A stretch of DNA of 25,903 nt from Candidatus Dojkabacteria bacterium (GTDB lineage Bacteria; Patescibacteriota; Dojkabacteria; SC72; JAHDCA01). The notes below the pieces were generated by a model. That model searched no databases. It saw nothing but the letters and a program-made list of their open reading frames with translations, and had not been told where the DNA came from. The stretch is taken from positions 1 to 25,903 of the forward strand of contig JAHDCA010000002.1 in NCBI GenBank assembly GCA_020630115.1. The letters are read 5' to 3'. Positions 15,431 to 21,641 of the stretch are shown one piece after another (positions within the stretch are counted from its first letter, which is position 1; each line of letters begins with the position of its first letter). Position numbers and translations under genes: made by a program.

Positions 15431-16433
15431 AAGTAACAAAGTAATTCAAGCTTACTTCCCAAAGCCAAGTTCTAAAGAGGCACTGAATTTGTGTAAGAGA
15501 TTATTCTCTTACTCTGTATATGGTAAAGCATTTCTGGAATTAGGTTTTGCAATCAAGCCCTACAAAACAGAGGAGCTGGTAGAGATTTCAAATAATGAGA
15601 TTTACATAAACCTCGATAACGAAAATAAGATAAAAAATTCTTATGCAGGGTTTAGATACGTAGATGAATATTACACAGTTGTAGTTACAAACAGGTTAAA
15701 GTTTTACAGAAACTACTTTAGAAATCTCTTCAAACTTATACTCCTTACTAAAGACCTTGATAGAGTGACAAGAGATATATGTAATATTAGTCAACTAGAA
15801 GAGAATTTTAAGATTGATATTAAACTTTCATACCTTGCTAGCACGTACAAAGAGGTTCTTAAGAAGATTCCCACATCAACACTAGAATCAGACCCATACC
15901 TAAGCTCTAATACGCAAATATTAGAAAATTATGATTATCCTAACTCACCATTAATAAAACTTTCACTAAGCCAAAAGCAATTAAAAATTTCTAACTACTA
16001 CGAACTTATAAACCTGAAGAGGCAAATCATTAGATTTGAGAACTTATCATTTTTAACGACCAGAAGGTTGGCAGAAAACAATCTAGAGAAAATCAAAACA
16101 GAGCAAAAGGTCAATTTGAGTAAATTTTTATCAGAGAATAAATTTCAGGTGATTTCTAATCCTAAAAAAGAAGTTTTTTTCAGCTATAAAGATTATCGGA
16201 TTGGAGTTATCCCCAACACATCACCTGCTTACTGCCACATGTATAGTGATTACGACTTCGTGATATTTGTTAAAGGTGGAGTTCTTTCACATGGAGCTAT
16301 TGTCATAAGAGAATTTGGTATACCAGCAATATCTTTAGCTGCTGATTTCAAAGAAAAAGAAAGTGTGATTTCAAAATTAATCTCAGCAGTCAATATATCT
16401 AAAGACAAAGCCTCTATATCTATTCGAACTTAA
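15423..16433 (+). CDS. Protein with a C-terminal PEP-utilising-enzyme mobile (swivelling phospho-His) domain and no ATP-grasp domain
   Basis: VIPNTSPAY...FVKGGVLSHGAIVIREFGIPAI matches the GGxxSHxAIxAREFGIPA signature (His290). Overlaps the upstream gene by 8 nt. Confidence 0.8.
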   Translation: MIRSNKVIQAYFPKPSSKEALNLCKRLFSYSVYGKAFLELGFAIKPYKTEELVEISNNEIYINLDNENKIKNSYAGFRYVDEYYTVVVTNRLKFYRNYFRNLFKLILLTKDLDRVTRDICNISQLEENFKIDIKLSYLASTYKEVLKKIPTSTLESDPYLSSNTQILENYDYPNSPLIKLSLSQKQLKISNYYELINLKRQIIRFENLSFLTTRRLAENNLEKIKTEQKVNLSKFLSENKFQVISNPKKEVFFSYKDYRIGVIPNTSPAYCHMYSDYDFVIFVKGGVLSHGAIVIREFGIPAISLAADFKEKESVISKLISAVNISKDKASISIRT

Positions 16434-17169
16434 TAGACTCATTTTTTATCAACTTCTCACCATCAACAAGTACAACCTCATATTCGCCAGCTTCTACATT
16501 CTCAGGCAATGTGATTTCTCTTTCTCCAACTTGATTCAAAGGTATATCAACTCTCTGAATAGGCTTATCAACATCGTAACGGTCGCCTTTCTTTATTAGC
16601 TTATAAGTGAATAACTTCCCGTCTTCGTATTCATTAAGCTTAATAAAGGCCCTAACCCTAGTCCCAATCTCGAATTCATCATTGTAATTTTTATCAAGAT
16701 CGTTGGTATCGTAAAATTTGATTTCAGCATTTTCGACAACTGTATCACTGATTTTACCCTCCAACTGTGATTTAAAATTGTAAAGGTTACCGTCATTAGT
16801 AAATAAACCGATCAAGAAGTACCCTACCAAGATAATCACCATTACAAGCAGTAATAACAAAAGTATCCTGAAAACTTTTGCTAAACCTTTAGAACCTTCA
16901 TCACTTTTGAAACTCGACTTTATACTTTTTAGTAGACCATTTCGCCTATCGTTGTTCGGGTTTATGCCAGAATTGGCAACTTTCTGCCTCGACCGTGGTT
17001 CGCTACTACTGGCTTGTCGATCAGTAATATCAGGAGATTTAGTTTGTACACTTGGCTCTCTAGATGTTTCAATATTAGTACCCCAACCTTTAAGGATATT
17101 ATTCTTTCGTTTTACAGAATCGGGTTTTTGTTGAGTCTTTTCTCCAACTCTTTGAGGTGTAGGGTACAT
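16420..17169 (-). CDS. Single-pass membrane protein with a disordered cytoplasmic N-terminus and an Ig-like extracellular domain
   Basis: Polar low-complexity N-terminus, TM ILLLLLLVMVIILVGYFLIGLF and beta-rich C-terminus ending AGEYEVVLVDGEKLIK. Confidence 0.75.
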   Translation of the reverse strand: MYPTPQRVGEKTQQKPDSVKRKNNILKGWGTNIETSREPSVQTKSPDITDRQASSSEPRSRQKVANSGINPNNDRRNGLLKSIKSSFKSDEGSKGLAKVFRILLLLLLVMVIILVGYFLIGLFTNDGNLYNFKSQLEGKISDTVVENAEIKFYDTNDLDKNYNDEFEIGTRVRAFIKLNEYEDGKLFTYKLIKKGDRYDVDKPIQRVDIPLNQVGEREITLPENVEAGEYEVVLVDGEKLIKNESIKFE

Positions 17170-17184
17170 AAAATTTCAGCTAAA

Positions 17185-18117
17185 CTAATCTAAACTCTGA
17201 AGATATTTTTCCACATCTAAAGCCGCCATGCAACCCATGCCTGCAGCAGTGATGGCTTGCTGGTAGTGATGGTCGTGAACGTCCCCTGCTACAAATACAC
17301 CTGGTATATTTGTATTAGTATGCCCGGAAACCACATCTACAAAACCCCTATCATCACGCGATACTTGATCATCTAAGAAGTCTGAGTTTGGTATGTGACC
17401 AATTGCTAAAAACATTCCGTTAACTTCAAGATTCTTTGACTCCCCTTTGACTGTATCTGTTATCTCTAAAGAATTAACCAATTTATCATCACCCTTGACC
17501 TCATCTACCTTTGTATTCCAAAGCACTTCGATCTTCTCATTTGCGAAAACTTTTTCTTGCATTGCTTTACTCGCACGGAACTCATCTCTTCTATGAATCA
17601 GATAGACTTTAGATGCGAACTTAGTGAGAAAGTTTGCCTCCTCCATTGCACTATCACCACCACCAATCACAGCAACAATCTTATCTCTATAAAATGCGCC
17701 ATCACATGTTGCACATGAGCTAACACCTTTTCCCCAATACTCTTTCTCGCCTGGGATATCTAATAACCTAGGGGAAGAACCAACAGCTAATATTACTGAC
17801 CTTGCTTGAACCTCTTGTCCATCAACGGTTAACTTTTTTACATCTCCACTAAAGTCAACTTTCGTTACGTACTTGTACAAAATCTCAGCTCCATGATTCT
17901 TAGCTTGATTCAGCATGTTCATCATCAACTGAGGCCCCATGATTCCTTCAGGAAACCCAGGGAAATTTTCAACATCAGTCGTGCCCATTAATTGCCCACC
18001 ATACTCAACACCTGCCACTACCAATGGGTTTAATCTAGCTCTCGCATTATATATAGCAGCAGTTAGGCCAGCTGGTCCTGAACCAATAATTACAACTTCT
18101 CTTATATCCTGTGACAT
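17185..18117 (-). CDS. trxB: Thioredoxin-disulfide reductase
   Basis: GSGPAGLTAAIY, ENFPGF, GVSSCATCDG (CATC), GGGDSAMEEA, HRRDEFRAS and GVFVAGDV...QAITAAGMG. Confidence 0.97.
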   Translation of the reverse strand: MSQDIREVVIIGSGPAGLTAAIYNARARLNPLVVAGVEYGGQLMGTTDVENFPGFPEGIMGPQLMMNMLNQAKNHGAEILYKYVTKVDFSGDVKKLTVDGQEVQARSVILAVGSSPRLLDIPGEKEYWGKGVSSCATCDGAFYRDKIVAVIGGGDSAMEEANFLTKFASKVYLIHRRDEFRASKAMQEKVFANEKIEVLWNTKVDEVKGDDKLVNSLEITDTVKGESKNLEVNGMFLAIGHIPNSDFLDDQVSRDDRGFVDVVSGHTNTNIPGVFVAGDVHDHHYQQAITAAGMGCMAALDVEKYLQSLD

Positions 18118-18119
18118 TA

Positions 18120-18383
18120 CTAATTTTTAATTAAATTTAATTCTTCCAACTTATCTTCCAACTCAATAACTGATGGCTCAGTCAATGACGTTCCATCTTC
18201 AAAAACTATTGTTGGTACAGATTTATTCCCTCCGTTTACTTCCATAACATAATCTGCAGCTTCAGGATTTTGATCGATATCAATCTCCTCATAGCCATCA
18301 CCATTTGTCATACCGAACTCCAATAAGAAATTTTTAATCCTCACACAATCACCGCACCAAGCAGTTGAATAAATTTTAAACAT
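18120..18383 (-). CDS. Glutaredoxin-like protein (mycoredoxin/NrdH-like), CGDC active site
   Basis: IYSTAWCGDC...YEEIDIDQNPEAADYVMEVNGGNKSVPTIVFEDG. Ends 2 nt before trxB. Confidence 0.88.
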   Translation of the reverse strand: MFKIYSTAWCGDCVRIKNFLLEFGMTNGDGYEEIDIDQNPEAADYVMEVNGGNKSVPTIVFEDGTSLTEPSVIELEDKLEELNLIKN

Positions 18384-18452
18384 AATCTGATCATTAATTT
18401 ATAAACAAAGTATAGCCTAATTATGTTCTTTGATTGTTTACTCGTTTATGAG

Positions 18453-19631
18453 CTATTTGGAGAAATGGGTAAGCATAGAGCCAATTTTAAAGTTCTTAAT
18501 GAAAAGCATTGGAATTATACTTGTTATAAACATTACAAACATAACAGTATTCACATCAATATTAAAGACAAACCTATTAATAACAAACAGTAATGCCATT
18601 GGGGTTAAAGATCCTAGTGATGAAATTAGTTCCGACCATCCACGGTAACTTGTTCTATAAAGCGAGTAATTGCCATCAGTTCTTTGGATTATATTTAGAA
18701 ACCCACTAAAAGCATTCATATTTACTTGTGCACAAAAATTGAATAACACTGACATAATCACGACATTTTCGACTGTGGGATTAAGAAGAAAGTTTATCGG
18801 CGCAATTGCAAAGATCATGAAGTTAACTCCTAGTATTGCCCTATCCCTTCTTAAGAATTTAAAATCAAAGTTCTTGAAGACCTGACTCACTATAATCCCA
18901 ACCAAACTATTTACAAAAGTAACAACTGCCCAAAACTGGAGATCTCCAACGGCGTCAAATATCAAGATACTTAAAAGACCAAAGAACATCCAACCCATAA
19001 GCCCATAAATGAATCTAAGCTTAAAGTACTCTCTAGCCCAATGATCATGTAGTAAATCTTTAAATAGTTTATGCACGATAAAATCACTTTTTCTTCTTTC
19101 TCCAGTCTTAAATAGCATCAGAAAGATCGAAAGCCCACCAAACCCTACAAAACTTATCTTCAATATCTCATCATAGCTAAAATTCTCAACTAGAGAGTTA
19201 AACAGAAACGGAAGCGCGAGTGAGATTAAAACAGCTACACTCAAATTAACACTGTCAAAGTAATTTGCATCCTCTTCACCCATTATCTTTTCGGTGAGTT
19301 CACCTCTTGATAACCAAAACGAGATATTTGCCAACCCTGTACATATACCACATATAGCTATTAGAACTGAATCTGTGTTAACTGTATACACACCTAAGAT
19401 TATCAAAGAGGCTAAGCAGATCATGAAAAGAGCCTTCACGTAACCTTTAACTAGAATATAGGACAGTACTGGACTCATCAATGTCTGCGTCAAGAATATA
19501 TAAAAATTGTATTCAACAATAGTCCCAATTGATTTACCCTGCTCCCATAGGTAGAAATTGATCACTAAGTACGCAACTCCTCTTACTAAACGCAAAAGCC
19601 CGAATAAACTAACTAAACCAAAAGATTTCAT
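18453..19631 (-). CDS. MFS-like transporter
   Basis: 392 aa with roughly 12 hydrophobic helices in two bundles and a central loop; includes GICTGLANISFW. Substrate unknown. Confidence 0.75.
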   Translation of the reverse strand: MKSFGLVSLFGLLRLVRGVAYLVINFYLWEQGKSIGTIVEYNFYIFLTQTLMSPVLSYILVKGYVKALFMICLASLIILGVYTVNTDSVLIAICGICTGLANISFWLSRGELTEKIMGEEDANYFDSVNLSVAVLISLALPFLFNSLVENFSYDEILKISFVGFGGLSIFLMLFKTGERRKSDFIVHKLFKDLLHDHWAREYFKLRFIYGLMGWMFFGLLSILIFDAVGDLQFWAVVTFVNSLVGIIVSQVFKNFDFKFLRRDRAILGVNFMIFAIAPINFLLNPTVENVVIMSVLFNFCAQVNMNAFSGFLNIIQRTDGNYSLYRTSYRGWSELISSLGSLTPMALLFVINRFVFNIDVNTVMFVMFITSIIPMLFIKNFKIGSMLTHFSK

Positions 19632-19681
19632 ATCAATAACTGATTCGATTTATATTTTTTTACACTAAATTATCTTCTACA

Positions 19682-20176
19682 CTAAAAGAGCTTTTCAAAG
19701 CGCGAGTCCTCTCTGATAATCTTTACCAGTACTGAAACATTGGTAAGCTTAAAACTCCAATTATCACTTTCCCAATTCAAGTATGACTCTCCATGACTTC
19801 TAGTAACTAGTAGATTCTTCGTATCCATAAGTTCAGAATAATCATTTAAAGAAATACACTCAATGTGTTGAAAGCCAGTTGTATAATTTGAGCTCCCTCC
19901 AGGTTCAGCAATTTCAATTAATTTGGTAAAATACTTCCCATCTATGCTAAGTGGATCTTTCAGGATACAAATATGGAATAAACGATCATTATGCTCATTC
20001 GTTACAATTTTCAGAGAAAGGCTCTTAAGCTCTTTCATCAATTTTTCATAGTCATCAAAGCTCTCTGCTCTAATACAAGCATGGTCAATAACATAATTAG
20101 ACAACTCAAAATCTAATTTAAGAAGTCTATCGGAAATTTCCGAAACGAACTTTTTGTATTCTTTATGAATGTTCAT
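19682..20176 (-). CDS. VOC-superfamily protein, YecM-like
   Basis: IDHACIRAESFDDYEK, NDRLFHICILKDPL, IEIAEP and GFQHIE match the YecM metal-binding pattern. Confidence 0.75.
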   Translation of the reverse strand: MNIHKEYKKFVSEISDRLLKLDFELSNYVIDHACIRAESFDDYEKLMKELKSLSLKIVTNEHNDRLFHICILKDPLSIDGKYFTKLIEIAEPGGSSNYTTGFQHIECISLNDYSELMDTKNLLVTRSHGESYLNWESDNWSFKLTNVSVLVKIIREDSRFEKLF

Positions 20177-20215
20177 ATATTACTTCAAAATTTACAAATG
20201 AATAATAAAGTCTTT

Positions 20216-20503
20216 TTACTCGCTTAGCAAATTTACTTCCGAATTAATCAATTCATATTTCCGCTTCCTACTTAACTTCTTTATCTGCATCTCTCTTCTG
20301 GTTGCGGTTGATCTACAAGGTAAAGATTCAAAGTACAACAACTCCACAGGTATCCTTGCTCTAGTGTATTTTGCTCCTTTACCAGCATTATGCTTATCAA
20401 TTCTTTTTTGAAGATGGTTAGTTATACCGCAGTAATAAGTTTCATCATTGCATTTTAGCAAATACACAAAATATTCATTATCTTTATTTAAAGAATTTTT
20501 CAT
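20216..20503 (-). CDS. Stand-alone GIY-YIG nuclease, UPF0213 (YhbQ/YazA-like)
   Basis: YFVYLLKCNDETYYCGITNHLQKRIDKHNAGKGAKYTRARIPVELLYFE...REMQIKKLSR. Start reassigned to ATG 20503. Confidence 0.9.
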   Translation of the reverse strand: MKNSLNKDNEYFVYLLKCNDETYYCGITNHLQKRIDKHNAGKGAKYTRARIPVELLYFESLPCRSTATRREMQIKKLSRKRKYELINSEVNLLSE

Positions 20504-20508
20504 TAAGC

Positions 20509-20514
20509 TATAAT
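20509..20514 (+). promoter_or_regulatory. -10 box (TATAAT), probably giving a leaderless transcript
   Basis: Perfect TATAAT 7 nt before ATG 20522. Confidence 0.5.
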
Positions 20515-20521
20515 CATTCAT

Positions 20522-20971
20522 ATGAAGATTAATTACAAGTCAAATCGACTAACACCAAACAGAAAGATCCGTAACCAAAATAACTCACAGTTAATAATCC
20601 TAGGAGTAATTGCACTACTAATAATCAGCGCTTACCTATACTTTATCGTATTTAAACCTGAGTTTGAGATCAAATCGAACCACTTTGCATCAGATACACA
20701 AACCCAAGAAATAATAGATGAAGGCTTCACTGTGGGTGACAGGATAACTATAAGTGCAATACTAGAGTCAGATAAAGACACAGATGAGCAGATCAATGTT
20801 TTAGTAAAAGTAGTAGATACTGATGGGAAATTAGTCTATGAAACAGATTTCAAGTCAGGAACAAATATTCAAAGAAATCTTACTATCAATAAAGTCTTAG
20901 CCCCTGGTGAATACTCCTATACTATCGAATCAGGCTCACAAAAAGCTAGTGGAGAATTTGAAATAGAATAA
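20522..20971 (+). CDS. Single-pass membrane protein with an Ig-like domain
   Basis: Basic N-terminus, TM LIILGVIALLIISAYLYFIVF and beta-rich FTVGDRITIS...LAPGEYSYTIE. Confidence 0.8.
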   Translation: MKINYKSNRLTPNRKIRNQNNSQLIILGVIALLIISAYLYFIVFKPEFEIKSNHFASDTQTQEIIDEGFTVGDRITISAILESDKDTDEQINVLVKVVDTDGKLVYETDFKSGTNIQRNLTINKVLAPGEYSYTIESGSQKASGEFEIE

Positions 20972-21146
20972 TACACATCTCTTTCAAGTACTTTGATCAA
21001 TATGACCTAAGTCTATCATTAATCATAAGTCACCATTGAAACTCTTTTAATTACTTTAAGCGACTAAGCTTCACTTAAATTGGTAATTAACCCAACTCTT
21101 TTTCGAAACACCTCCATGTATTTCCGAGCTAGTGCTCAGACTCACA

Positions 21147-21564
21147 TGGAGACGACGGGAGTCGAACCCGTGTCCAGTTAGTTTCGTCTAATACCCTTGT
21201 ACAAGTTTTGCAGGTTTAATTTCCCGCGGTTACCAAAAACCTACAAACAATAACCTCGGTCGAACTATTTTAAATTCTTCTGAACCAGCTAGCTCTTGTT
21301 ACTAGTCAGATATATCATCGCTGATGGAACAGCTACAGAACCTCACGATGAGAAAGTGTCCGTAACTGCATCCCCCTCGGGGGATGTTCATTAAAGGTTA
21401 AGCATTAAATGCAAATTGTGCACCTGTTAGAAAAGCGTTAAGCTTCTCAACTTGACCTTGAATGAAAGTTGAAAGTCTGTTTCCAACTAAACGTGATAGT
21501 TAAAGGATATCAATCCTACCTGAGGTATTAGCCTCTGCTAATGTCGAAAACCAAATACGTCCCC
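21147..21564 (-). ncRNA. ssrA: tmRNA (one-piece, 418 nt, CCA not encoded)
   Basis: 5' end GGGGACGTATTTGGTTTTCGAC and 3' end GGACACGGGTTCGACTCCCGTCGTCTCCA. Acceptor stem GGGGACG/CGTCTCC has the G3:U alanine determinant, plus a T arm and an internal tag ORF. Confidence 0.93.
21398..21484 (-). other. tmRNA proteolysis-tag reading frame: (A)GNRLSTFIQGQVEKLNAFLTGAQFAFNA*
   Basis: Resume context TTTAGTT-GGA resembles E. coli AATAGTC-GCA. 28 codons run to TAA at 21400-21398. Confidence 0.75.
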
Positions 21565-21585
21565 AAATTTCTTAAAGAGCTTTAT

Positions 21586-21594
21586 ATTATAACA
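21586..21594 (-). promoter_or_regulatory. Extended -10 promoter of ssrA (TGtTATAAT)
   Basis: Perfect TGnTATAAT ending 21 nt before the mature tmRNA 5' end, implying a ~15-nt leader. Confidence 0.7.
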
Positions 21595-21621
21595 AAAAGC
21601 CCCTCGTTTGAGGGACTTTTT
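21594..21621 (-). terminator. Intrinsic terminator of the 24652-21642 operon
   Basis: Minus strand AAAAAGTCCCTC-AAAC-GAGGGGCTTTTT (one G-U pair), 20 nt after the stop at 21642. Confidence 0.8.
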
Positions 21622-21641
21622 AGTATTCGAACAAATATAAC

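Noticed and set aside
20216-20503. GIY-YIG gene as a homing endonuclease or mobile element
   Set aside because: It is a short stand-alone UPF0213 type with no DNA-binding extension, intron or flanking repeats.
20972-21146. Integrative element or prophage att site at the ssrA 3' end
   Set aside because: No direct repeat of the tmRNA 3' end and no integrase was seen; the repeat present is inverted.
21147-21175. tRNA gene suggested by the GGGTTCGACTCCC T arm
   Set aside because: The pairing 5' acceptor strand is about 400 nt away with a tag ORF in between, so this is tmRNA.
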